DNA of 64,000 nucleotides from an uncultured Gammaproteobacteria bacterium (GTDB taxonomy: Bacteria > Patescibacteriota > Patescibacteriia > XYB2-FULL-38-15), in the NCBI GenBank assembly GCA_965231095.1, contig OZ246416.1:436380-500379 (forward strand). Direction: 5' to 3'. The number at the start of each line of letters is the position of its first letter. The stretch's first letter is position 1. Both the position numbers and the translations under genes were made by a program. This document shows positions 53,666 to 63,040 of the stretch, piece after piece. The notes below the pieces were generated by a model. It ran no database searches. It worked only from the letters and a program-made list of their open reading frames with translations, and was not told where the DNA came from.

Positions 53666-55885
53666 TTATCTTATCACTCCAACATTTATTCCTCCCTTAA
53701 AATCTTGGCCAAAAGCAAAAAATTCTTTACGCAAAAATCCCTTATTATTATATACCTTAACATGCGGCCCGCCGCCCGCTCCGGCGCCAACAATAATTTC
53801 CGAAACTTTATCTCCATCCAAATCACCCAAAGCCAATGTCACTCCTCCGACTAAATTAACAAACGGAGAAAATTTTAATTTCAAAGTCATATACTGGCCG
53901 TAAACCCTAACCTCGCCGCTCCCGCTCATCTTGCTTACCGCCAGCTCGGAAATTTTATCCCCGTCAATGTCGCCGACAGAAATTCGAACGCCGCTTCTGT
54001 GTTCTTTTTCGAAAGCTAAAAATTGAGTATTTAAATTTCCTTTGGAATCAAAAACTTTAATCATGGACTCCAGCCCATTGCCCGGCGCCGTAACTATGTC
54101 TGCTCGCCCGTCACTATCAATATCGCCAACCGCAACATTTACTCCCCCGCGAAAAGTTGTGGCATAGGCCATAAATCCGCCGACGGCCGTTCCGTCCTGG
54201 CGAAAAATTCTAACATGCGGCCCGCCGCCCGGCCCCGCGCCGGTAATAATTTCGCTTTTCCCGTCACTATCAATATCGCCAACCGCAACATTTACTCCCC
54301 CGCGAAAAGTTGTGGCATAGGCCATAAATCCGCCGACGGCCGTTCCGTCCTGGCGAAAAATTCTAACATGCGGCCCGCCGCCCGGCCCCGCGCCGGTCAC
54401 GATTTCACCAACTCCGTCCCCGTTTAAATCACCCGAAGACAAACTCACACCGCCTAAAAATTTTTCCGGATAAACCAAAAAACTTTTTATAAAAGTGGAA
54501 TCTTCTTTAAAAATTTTTACTTCTGGTTTTAAACCAGCGAGTGGGCTAACAATTATATTCCCCTTTTGAAGTGCAAAAGGAGAACTCTCCGTTGTCAAAT
54601 ATGCCGCCTCAATTGTCCGGCCAATATTTAATCTCCCCTTTCCCAACTTGCCAACATAATCGGGATTTTGAGCGTCAATATTATCAGCATTCACTGTTAG
54701 AAGATTTCTAATCTCCGGCACGCCAAGACTTGGATTTAAAGATTTTATAAGCGCCGCGGTTCCGGCAACAATCGGCGCGGCTACCGATGATCCTGACCAT
54801 CCGCCACTGTAATATTCCGTAAATTGCGGCATACCGGGATTGTACGCAACCGTGCCCCAAATATCAATTCCCGGCGCGGCCACATCAACGCACTTTGTTC
54901 CGTAATTTGAAAATTCTGCTTTTTTGTCGTCTTTATCCGTCGCGGCCACCCCGATCACAATATTTTCTCCGTCGCCCCCGTAATAACAAACCGGGTAAAG
55001 CGGCTCCTCATCCAAATTTTTTCCCGAGCTGCCATAATTCCCCACTGCGGCCACAACTACAATGCCGGCTTTGTATGCCCTCTCCAATGCCAAAAATAAA
55101 CTTTTACTAAAACCTGATCCAATAAAACTTAAATTGATAACGTCCACTCCTTTTTCCACCGCGTAATCAATTCCTTCAATCACCGTTAAAACATCACCCG
55201 AGCCGGAAGAATCTAAAACGCGGATTGGCATAATTTTTGCCTCCCAAGCCACGCCGGCCGTCCCTCGCGAATTGTTCCCCACCGAAGCGGCTACTCCAGC
55301 GACGATTGTTCCATGATCAATTCCTTCTTTGGTAAACCACCACTCTTTAAAATCCGGTCTGGCGTTATTGTCGCCCGCGACAAAATCCCAACCATTCACA
55401 TCGTCAACATAAATATTTCCATCATTATCCACTCCATCGTTTTTGACTTCTCCTGGATTAACCCAAATATTATCCGCGAGATCAGGATGATCGATATCCA
55501 CCCCAGAATCCAAAACGGCGATTACCGTATCTTTGTTGCCCGAAGTTTTTTCCCAGCCACTCCACACATGGACTTTATCCAAGTACCATTGCTTGGAAAT
55601 AAAGGGGTCGTTTGAAGCAATTGTCTCGGCTGTCATTTTATAATTCGGTTCGGCAAATTCCACCTCCGGCCTATTTTTATATTTTAAAATTGCCTCCGAC
55701 ACGCTCTCGCCTGAATCTAAAACTATTTTTTCCACCCGTTCCTGATTTTTGAATTTAACCAAAATCTCGTCCGCTTTGTATGGCAGAATATTTTTTTCCA
55801 AAGCCAAAACCCCGGGACCAAAAATCGTGAAAATTAAACTAAAAATTGTCGCCAAAATGATATTTTTGCGCATAGATTTATTCAT
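53666..55885 (-). CDS. Secreted subtilisin-like serine protease (S8) with C-terminal FG-GAP/VCBS-type repeats
   Basis: 739 aa. Catalytic D (VAVLDSGVDIDHPDL), H (HGTIVAGVAAS) and S (GTSVAAPIVAGTAALIKS). Then at least five GDxDGDG...GAGPGGGPHV repeats, including a near-identical 153-bp tandem duplication. Confidence 0.8.
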   Translation of the reverse strand: MNKSMRKNIILATIFSLIFTIFGPGVLALEKNILPYKADEILVKFKNQERVEKIVLDSGESVSEAILKYKNRPEVEFAEPNYKMTAETIASNDPFISKQWYLDKVHVWSGWEKTSGNKDTVIAVLDSGVDIDHPDLADNIWVNPGEVKNDGVDNDGNIYVDDVNGWDFVAGDNNARPDFKEWWFTKEGIDHGTIVAGVAASVGNNSRGTAGVAWEAKIMPIRVLDSSGSGDVLTVIEGIDYAVEKGVDVINLSFIGSGFSKSLFLALERAYKAGIVVVAAVGNYGSSGKNLDEEPLYPVCYYGGDGENIVIGVAATDKDDKKAEFSNYGTKCVDVAAPGIDIWGTVAYNPGMPQFTEYYSGGWSGSSVAAPIVAGTAALIKSLNPSLGVPEIRNLLTVNADNIDAQNPDYVGKLGKGRLNIGRTIEAAYLTTESSPFALQKGNIIVSPLAGLKPEVKIFKEDSTFIKSFLVYPEKFLGGVSLSSGDLNGDGVGEIVTGAGPGGGPHVRIFRQDGTAVGGFMAYATTFRGGVNVAVGDIDSDGKSEIITGAGPGGGPHVRIFRQDGTAVGGFMAYATTFRGGVNVAVGDIDSDGRADIVTAPGNGLESMIKVFDSKGNLNTQFLAFEKEHRSGVRISVGDIDGDKISELAVSKMSGSGEVRVYGQYMTLKLKFSPFVNLVGGVTLALGDLDGDKVSEIIVGAGAGGGPHVKVYNNKGFLRKEFFAFGQDFKGGINVGVIR
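54107..54396. repeat. Near-identical ~153-bp tandem duplication inside the S8 protease gene (one FG-GAP repeat unit duplicated)
   Basis: Two copies of a ~135-bp identical core (cgtcactatcaatatcgccaaccgcaacatttactcccccgcgaaaag...gcccgccgcccggccccgcgccggt) starting at ~54108 and ~54261. Confidence 0.7.
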
Positions 55886-55975
55886 TTATTATATCACCCC
55901 TCATTTCAAAAAACAAGCCAGGTACTACAAAGGGCCGCCCCGCCAAGGACAGCCCCTTATTTCCTCTAAACTAAC

Positions 55976-57868
55976 CTAAAACAGATCGCTTATTGTCCTT
56001 GCGGCAGCCTCAACCGAGGCCTTATTATAATCCGATGTTCCGTTAACGTCTACTCCCGCGATAGCGTTCCCATAATTTGTTTTGTAAACTTCCGGCACAG
56101 CGATAATTTTCTTTTCCCAGTCCGCGCCGTAAAGCGAAGACGCCGTACTCGCCGAAGTAATCCATCTCAATTGTCCGGTCGCAGTCAGAACGTAAACTTT
56201 TGGATCAAGGACGCGGAAGGGGGTATCCATACTGACAAATTGAACCAAATATGTCCCGGGTTTTGCGAGAACATTTCCGCCGAGCGATACTGATGTTACG
56301 GTGCTGTGAGCCACAGTTTTAATGGTAGAAAAATCTGAATACCAAGAAAAGTAAATTGCTTGGGTCGGGAAAACATGCCTTTTCCCATCATCGCCGTAAT
56401 AATATACGGCGGTGCTTCCGGATTCTTTAAATAAATCTCCGTAATTCAAGTCCCCGGCAGTTGGGGTTGTAAAGGTAACCATCACTGTTTGGGATATAGT
56501 TACACCCCCAGCTACAGCTGTAAAATTTACTATTCCGGCGGTACCTGATTTAACATTAAAATAGGCTCTGCCCAAACTATCGGTGATCCCTCCGCCAGCG
56601 CCAAATGTAATTACATCCGCTACTCCAGTGCGACTAGAATACAGAGCAACCGTTTTCCCATTTAAAGGATTACTATCTGAATCACAGACCGTTACCGTGA
56701 CGAGAGAAAAATCCGCCCCGTTCGCTATCACCGAAGTCGGAGAAGCAGAAACACTTGATCTTGAAGCGGAAACCGAACCTGTTGTCACGGCCGTAAATGT
56801 CACGGTTGCTGTCTGGCTGATTGTCGTGCCGTCCGCCACGGCGGTCAAAGTCGCGCTACCAGTCGTACTTGAACGAACTTGAAAAAACGCGTTTCCGTCC
56901 ATGTTGGTTACGCCATTAACCACGGCGATTGTATCAATCGCCCCGCGACTGGAAGATAGCGTCACGGTTTTTCCGGAGAGGACGCTCCCTGAAGAATTTT
57001 TTGCCGTCACAATAATGCCGGAGAAAGAAGATCCGTTTGCCGTGACTGAAGTTGGCGACGCGGAAACCAGGGATTGACTCGCCGAAACAACTAAAGGAAC
57101 ATCCGCGGCAGTTCTAAAGCTCCATGGATTTGCCGCAGCCGGCGAACTTCCGAAAGACACCAAATATCCGGATTTATCCTCGCCGCTTGCCGTAACTGTA
57201 ATATTTGTATCATAAGGAAGCGTTGATATCCTTGATCGAGTAACAGCCGTATTGTCACCGTTCCAAGAAGCCGCACCCCAACTTCCCTCGCTGATAGAAA
57301 GAGAAACCGTACCGGTCATCATTGGCTCGGAAAAAGTTACGACAACAGACGGCGTCGTAACACTAACTCCGGTTGCCCCGGAAGCCGGCACAGTAGAAAC
57401 AATAACCGGCGAAGCGTTGTCATCAATATTAATAAGAGACTGATCCGGCGCAAAAACACTAAGAACCGCGACACTTCCCAAATTTTCTTGATTTATATAA
57501 TCAAGATCTGCCGGGAAAAAAATTCCTGGATAACCCGTTTTATTGGCGGCTCCCCCCACCAAAAGATAAAAATAATTTGTACTGCCGTCGCAGTTTGCGT
57601 CAACTCCCGCGCCGTTTAATATCCCCGTTGGACCGGTCAGACCAACACTTCCTCCACCAAGCGCCCAATCCCCCGCTTCAAATTTACAATTTGTGACATT
57701 ACCATTCCAAACCACTTTTACGCGGTCAATCGTACCATTATGATTAAAATCACTAAAAGCGGCCGAATCCATGGTCGGCGTCCAGGCGTTTGCCGCTTGC
57801 GGAAAAAAACTTACTCCACTCGCGGTCAAAGCTATGGCAACAACAAGAAAAATTCTTAATGTTTTCAT
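55976..57868 (-). CDS. Secreted Ig-like (Big) repeat surface protein with conserved C-terminal ~190-aa domain (paralog 1)
   Basis: 630 aa. Signal peptide and repeated Big-like segments (...SGSVLSGKTVTLSSSRG...ATLTAVADGTTISQTATVTF). The C-terminal domain YYYGDDGKRHVFPTQAIYFSWY... is shared with the next two genes. Confidence 0.5.
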   Translation of the reverse strand: MKTLRIFLVVAIALTASGVSFFPQAANAWTPTMDSAAFSDFNHNGTIDRVKVVWNGNVTNCKFEAGDWALGGGSVGLTGPTGILNGAGVDANCDGSTNYFYLLVGGAANKTGYPGIFFPADLDYINQENLGSVAVLSVFAPDQSLINIDDNASPVIVSTVPASGATGVSVTTPSVVVTFSEPMMTGTVSLSISEGSWGAASWNGDNTAVTRSRISTLPYDTNITVTASGEDKSGYLVSFGSSPAAANPWSFRTAADVPLVVSASQSLVSASPTSVTANGSSFSGIIVTAKNSSGSVLSGKTVTLSSSRGAIDTIAVVNGVTNMDGNAFFQVRSSTTGSATLTAVADGTTISQTATVTFTAVTTGSVSASRSSVSASPTSVIANGADFSLVTVTVCDSDSNPLNGKTVALYSSRTGVADVITFGAGGGITDSLGRAYFNVKSGTAGIVNFTAVAGGVTISQTVMVTFTTPTAGDLNYGDLFKESGSTAVYYYGDDGKRHVFPTQAIYFSWYSDFSTIKTVAHSTVTSVSLGGNVLAKPGTYLVQFVSMDTPFRVLDPKVYVLTATGQLRWITSASTASSLYGADWEKKIIAVPEVYKTNYGNAIAGVDVNGTSDYNKASVEAAARTISDLF

Positions 57869-58042
57869 AAATTTTGATTAAAATTAAATTAAGATTAGAA
57901 GGCCGCTTTTTGACCCTCTGATTATAAGACGAATAACGCACCTAAATATTTCAACTTTCATTAAAAAATTATATCACAAAAATGGATGAAACAAAATGAA
58001 GCGAGCCAAAAAGCCCGCCCCATCTTCGATTCATCAAATTCA

Positions 58043-61000
58043 TTAATAAATTGACGTCAAGGCACTCTCCCCACCAATAATGTCCGCGCCCGGGGCGTAG
58101 TAAAGAGTTGTAGGGATTGCAAAAACGTACTCACTGCGGAAATTATTGGCGGCAAATCCAGCGGTAGTAATTTTTCTTTTTTCCGCGCCCTGGATGTAAT
58201 AGATTTCAGTTGTGCCGGAATATTGGACTAACGCGCCGGTGGGGTGAGCGTCGGTTGAAATATCTGAACCAAAGGAATAGTCGCCCCAAAAAGCCAGCGG
58301 CACATCAATTATTTTTTTTGCCCAATCCGCGCCGTAAAGAGTTTTGATTCTTACCTCGGTTGGAATCCAACGGAGAAGGCCGTTCGGTTCAACCGCGTAA
58401 ACTTTTGAATCAGTATCAATTTTTACAAGCACGGTTCCCGGGCGAACCGTAACGTTTTTGCCCAAAGGAATGGCCTGGAGTTCTGCCGCCGTGACGCTTC
58501 TGACGTTGCTCCAATCCGGATACCACGTCTTGTAAGTTTTTTCATTTGGAAAAATGTGGCGTTTATTGTCCGAGCCGTAATAGTAAACAGTCGTGCTCAT
58601 TGGACTCTTCAGAAGATCGCCTGCTACAAGCCCGGCCGAACTTCCCGCTCCCGGCGGGGTCTCTGCTCCCGGCGGCGGAGGCGTGGTATAAGTGATGGTG
58701 AAATCTGCGTCGGAAATATCAGAAGCAACAAAAACATTACTTGCATCATACCCCTCAACTTTAACTTTCACCGTGCCGCTCGGAATATTAGGAACTGTCC
58801 AAGAATAGGTGCCGTCACTATTTTCATCGGTGGCAATTGTGTACGGAAAATTTACGCCCCGATCAAGAGAATAAAATAATTTAACTTTTGTGATTGCCGA
58901 ACTGGTGGAAGACCAAGTAATATTTTTATTTGAACTGCCAGCCCAAACTTCGCCGCCGTTTGGAGATAAAACTGTAACAGAAGCCGGCAGCCCCGCTCCC
59001 CCGCCTCCGCTGCCTCCGCTTGTCGCCGCGACAGTCGTAAAGGTGTAAGGATCGGCAACGACGACGGAGCTAACATCAAGAGTTCCGTCTCCTGTAGCCG
59101 CCGAATTAATTGACCCTTGGACTAAATCAATTGAGTATATTTGTAAACCAGCCCAAGGATCATGAGAGGCAAAAGTCACAACTGTATCGCTGGCCGTCCA
59201 AGTACCATTAACGCTGCCGAGAGTAAAGGTTGGAGTTCTGCCAAGAGTGGTTGTTGTAATATCAGTCGTGGTCATGGCTTCAGAAAAAGTGATGGAGAAG
59301 CTGGCGTCCAGGGCAACACCTGTCGCAGCATCAGCCGGAGAGGTGGACATCACGATCGGATCTGCTTCATCGTTTTCCGTACCCACGGCGTCAGCAAGAG
59401 CCATCTGGTTTAAAGCCGGTGAAGCATCTGTCAGACCCAAGGTGTTGTGGTGCAAGTAAACAAGTTCCGTACCGGTAATGCCGGTTGTGACGGTCAGACG
59501 ATAATATTGATCATTGGCATCCGCGTCGGCTCCGGGGTAGACAACGGTCGTGCTCTCGCCAGAGACCGCTTCTTCGCCAGTGGCATTATCAGTTGAATCG
59601 TTATCAAGTTCAAAGTTAGCGGCGACGACAGAGGTGTCCGTGATATTTTCACTGAAAGTTATATCAACGGCGTTTACGTCGCCGTCACCGTCGGTGTCTA
59701 CTGAGTAGGTGTTTAAGACAACCGGGGCAGCCCCGTCAATACCGGTAGGACTTACCTCACCGTTCGCCATCTCAAGAGGAGTTAAGGCCTCATCATCAAT
59801 ATCCATGAGAACTCCGGCCAGGACGTATGTCGCTTCAACCGTGATTGACGTACTACCCGCGGTACAACCAGTTAAGTCGGAAAGGGTCATGGTGCTTACG
59901 CTGTTTGCGGTATAGTCATTAGTTGCGTCAACAACGCAAGAATCGGAAAGGGTGATTCCATCAAAACCATCAGCCGCTCCGTTTGTGTCTGTGATATCTA
60001 CTGTCTCTGAGAAAGTAAGAACAACTCGGTCTACTGTTCCATCTCCGGTTTGGTCTGAAGATGTTGAAGTGAGAATGGCAGGTGTGGCGGCGTCAGCGGC
60101 CGTAACGGGCGCGGCAAAAGAAGGAGCTTGATTTAAATTACCGGCATCAATCACGCTCCCCTTGGGAGCGATATTGGAATAATTAATCGTTGGGTCCGTT
60201 CCGCCGCCGGTTACATCAGAAGTGGCCGCGACTGTCACTTGGATATCATTTCCCGAAACCGCGCAAGCAGATGGCGTGTTTGCCCCCACCACTGTGCCAG
60301 CGGTGGGAATTGACCAATCAGCCGCTTGGAAAGTACAGGATAAACTCGCTTCGGCAGTCATTGTCACGTCGATTCTGTCAACCGTGCCATCGCCGTTCGC
60401 GTCTTTGTAGGCGGCCGAAACCGGACGCGGCGCGGCGCCGTCAGTTAGAGTTTGTGGCCCGGTAGTTCCGGCTGGATTTAGAGCGGTATCTTTAACGCTG
60501 CCATTGGCATCACCATTATCATAAGAAATAGTCGGAGCGCTTGTCGCGCCAGTTCGGTTTGGATCGGCAGTTACCGTCACATTGATAACCTGATTTCCCC
60601 CTGCGTCATCCGCCGCCGCAGAAAACGATGCGTTCAAATCTCCGCCAACAATTGTCCAATCATCCGTCGTGCTTCCTGTCATTGTTACATTTTCCGACCA
60701 CCAAGTTTGAAATGTCTCGACTGAACCATCCGAACTGTTATCGAGATACATCTGAATTCCCCCATCACCGCCCAAAACCGGCGCCGCGCCATCAGCAACA
60801 GTTGCCTGAGTTTGGCTACCCTGCAGGAGAGTTGTGTTCGCGCTTCCATCCACCAGAGAAAAAGCGTTTTGAGTGGAAATCGCCAAAAGAGTAGTAGCGT
60901 CGTAGGTAGCGATAACACTTGATTCCGTACCAAGATTAATATTGGTAAAAGTGACTGAACCAGTAACTAGGTCCGTGGCATCAACGCCGAAAACCGCACC

Positions 61001-62869
61001 AGTAAAACTACCAACATTGTCAAAAACCAAGTCATTGGCCGAGACAACTGAACCGATCGTAACAGTTTCCGTGTAGGTAAGCATTATCCTGTCAATTTTT
61101 CCGTCGCCATCCTCGTCTTTATAAGTAATAGTTCCAATGGTTGGAATGGCGCCGTCAGTTGACGCAACCGGCGCGCCGTCCACGGCAATGTTATTGGTAT
61201 ATGCATCGCCCAACGAAGAATTTACCGTAATTTGCGTATCCGGAGTAGCTCCAGTATCGAACGTTCCACCCTCGGTAAAAATGACTAAAAAGATATTGTC
61301 ATTAGCCGACCCGCCGGTAGAATAGCTTTCTACAATATATCCGTTAACCGTAATCGTCAAGCCTGTAAAATCATCATCAAGGTTTTCGTTTGTGGTAAAA
61401 GTGATTCTATCAATGTGCCCGTCATTATCGTTATCAGATGTCACGCGCGAAGAGATAGTTGGGCTGGCCGAATCAATAGTTTGAGTATTGGCATTTAGGA
61501 CAACTGCGTTTGTTGGGCCGTCATTTGTTGATTCCATAAACACACCAACATCGTCATCTGCTGTAGCAACCCCATCGGCACCCGCGTCATTATAAACTGG
61601 AATTTGAAATTTTAAAGTTCGGGCAGTGGTTGGCGTGGCAGTCAAATCAACTGTCACAAAAATTCTTTGGCCGACAGTCGCCGCGACTGCTTGAGCCAAA
61701 CCACCCAACCTCCACTCTTTAGTATCCCCTGAATTTACGGTCATCACTCCAAGAGAAGTGTCTGTGCCAAGCCCCTGAAATCCGGCTGCTCCGGCGTCGA
61801 CCCAAACTCTAACTTGAGAAATATCTGTTACGTTAACCGCCGTTCCGGTATTTTGAACTCCAATCCCAGTAAAAAGATCGTCCTGCCGATCAACCACGCT
61901 ATTTGGCGTCGCGCCTCCGGCTGTTCCACCGTCAATATAAATATTGGAATTTCCGTCAAAAGCCCCCGCTCCGGTATATTTACAGGCCTCTGATCCCGCG
62001 CCCGCGCCGTTGCAATCCGCCGGAAAATTGCTTATGACAGATCCCGCTCCCGCACCAACGATATAAGTCCCATCGGCTCCGGCGGAATAAGTTAATTCTC
62101 CAACATTATTTTCATAAAAAATATCTTCACCATCATCGTAGTCGCCGTCATTATTGCCGCCCATCGTCACCGCATCGCCAAAAGCCCAAGTGCCATTTGT
62201 TTCCGTCCCCGCAGCTGTAGCATTGGTACCGATAATATAGGTGCCGTCATTAGAACCGTTATTACTGCAATCTCCGTCTAAGTCAATTCTAACTGCTGTT
62301 AAGACCCAGGGAAATAAACTATCAGCACAGACGGCCACGGCGCCGTGGCCAATATCGTTACCCATGGTTAAAAGCGGATCGCCCGCGGCGGCCGCGGGAT
62401 TAATCGTGCCAATTCCTGTAGACCCTGAACCATCGGCATCAACCAAGTCATCAGCCGCCGAAGTTACAACGCTATCCGCATCCAAGTCGGCTACTACCGC
62501 CTCTGTGGTTTGAAAACCGACGTCAACCAAATCTTCAACATAACCAACGCCAGTAGTTGTCCCTATAGCCGGAAAAGCGTTTAGGGTATCCCCTTGCCAA
62601 TTATCAACTACTCCCGCATCCCAATACAAAGTATCTGCCGTGTATGCCCCGCCGCTCCAGGCGTCGGGAATTGTCACGTCCATTACCAGCCGGTCGGTAT
62701 AACTCGGGCCCCAGGTTGCGGTCGCCGCGCCGTTATTTGTAAAATCGGCCGCGACCGAGGCTTCGGTAAAAAGTAACGGATAAATCAAAAATCCAACCAT
62801 GGAAAGGGCAACAATAAAATATGTCCCCACAAATAAAATTGGAAAACGTTTTTTGATGAATTTGGCCAT
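58043..62869 (-). CDS. Giant (1608 aa) T/G/D-rich surface protein with N-terminal signal anchor, Kre9/KNH-like Ser-Thr-rich domain and the shared C-terminal domain (paralog 2)
   Basis: One continuous ORF. N-terminal TM, long low-complexity G/T/A/D-rich repeats. A VTVLSPNGGEVWAGSSNKNITWSS...YSWTVPNIPSG segment, then a PPPP linker, then C-terminal YYYGSDNKRHIFPNEKTYKTWY... Confidence 0.55.
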   Translation of the reverse strand: MAKFIKKRFPILFVGTYFIVALSMVGFLIYPLLFTEASVAADFTNNGAATATWGPSYTDRLVMDVTIPDAWSGGAYTADTLYWDAGVVDNWQGDTLNAFPAIGTTTGVGYVEDLVDVGFQTTEAVVADLDADSVVTSAADDLVDADGSGSTGIGTINPAAAAGDPLLTMGNDIGHGAVAVCADSLFPWVLTAVRIDLDGDCSNNGSNDGTYIIGTNATAAGTETNGTWAFGDAVTMGGNNDGDYDDGEDIFYENNVGELTYSAGADGTYIVGAGAGSVISNFPADCNGAGAGSEACKYTGAGAFDGNSNIYIDGGTAGGATPNSVVDRQDDLFTGIGVQNTGTAVNVTDISQVRVWVDAGAAGFQGLGTDTSLGVMTVNSGDTKEWRLGGLAQAVAATVGQRIFVTVDLTATPTTARTLKFQIPVYNDAGADGVATADDDVGVFMESTNDGPTNAVVLNANTQTIDSASPTISSRVTSDNDNDGHIDRITFTTNENLDDDFTGLTITVNGYIVESYSTGGSANDNIFLVIFTEGGTFDTGATPDTQITVNSSLGDAYTNNIAVDGAPVASTDGAIPTIGTITYKDEDGDGKIDRIMLTYTETVTIGSVVSANDLVFDNVGSFTGAVFGVDATDLVTGSVTFTNINLGTESSVIATYDATTLLAISTQNAFSLVDGSANTTLLQGSQTQATVADGAAPVLGGDGGIQMYLDNSSDGSVETFQTWWSENVTMTGSTTDDWTIVGGDLNASFSAAADDAGGNQVINVTVTADPNRTGATSAPTISYDNGDANGSVKDTALNPAGTTGPQTLTDGAAPRPVSAAYKDANGDGTVDRIDVTMTAEASLSCTFQAADWSIPTAGTVVGANTPSACAVSGNDIQVTVAATSDVTGGGTDPTINYSNIAPKGSVIDAGNLNQAPSFAAPVTAADAATPAILTSTSSDQTGDGTVDRVVLTFSETVDITDTNGAADGFDGITLSDSCVVDATNDYTANSVSTMTLSDLTGCTAGSTSITVEATYVLAGVLMDIDDEALTPLEMANGEVSPTGIDGAAPVVLNTYSVDTDGDGDVNAVDITFSENITDTSVVAANFELDNDSTDNATGEEAVSGESTTVVYPGADADANDQYYRLTVTTGITGTELVYLHHNTLGLTDASPALNQMALADAVGTENDEADPIVMSTSPADAATGVALDASFSITFSEAMTTTDITTTTLGRTPTFTLGSVNGTWTASDTVVTFASHDPWAGLQIYSIDLVQGSINSAATGDGTLDVSSVVVADPYTFTTVAATSGGSGGGGAGLPASVTVLSPNGGEVWAGSSNKNITWSSTSSAITKVKLFYSLDRGVNFPYTIATDENSDGTYSWTVPNIPSGTVKVKVEGYDASNVFVASDISDADFTITYTTPPPPGAETPPGAGSSAGLVAGDLLKSPMSTTVYYYGSDNKRHIFPNEKTYKTWYPDWSNVRSVTAAELQAIPLGKNVTVRPGTVLVKIDTDSKVYAVEPNGLLRWIPTEVRIKTLYGADWAKKIIDVPLAFWGDYSFGSDISTDAHPTGALVQYSGTTEIYYIQGAEKRKITTAGFAANNFRSEYVFAIPTTLYYAPGADIIGGESALTSIY

Positions 62870-63040
62870 AAGTTTATAATCTATAAATTAAAATTATTTA
62901 TATAAAATTTAATAAACAACCAAAAATTTTCCTCTTTAAGGAGTTCTTTGTTTCTCTGACTATATTATACCAAAAAAATAACAAAACAAAAAGAGGCAAA
63001 TCTCGCGACTTACCTCTTTTTTATCTATGTCAAGAACAAC

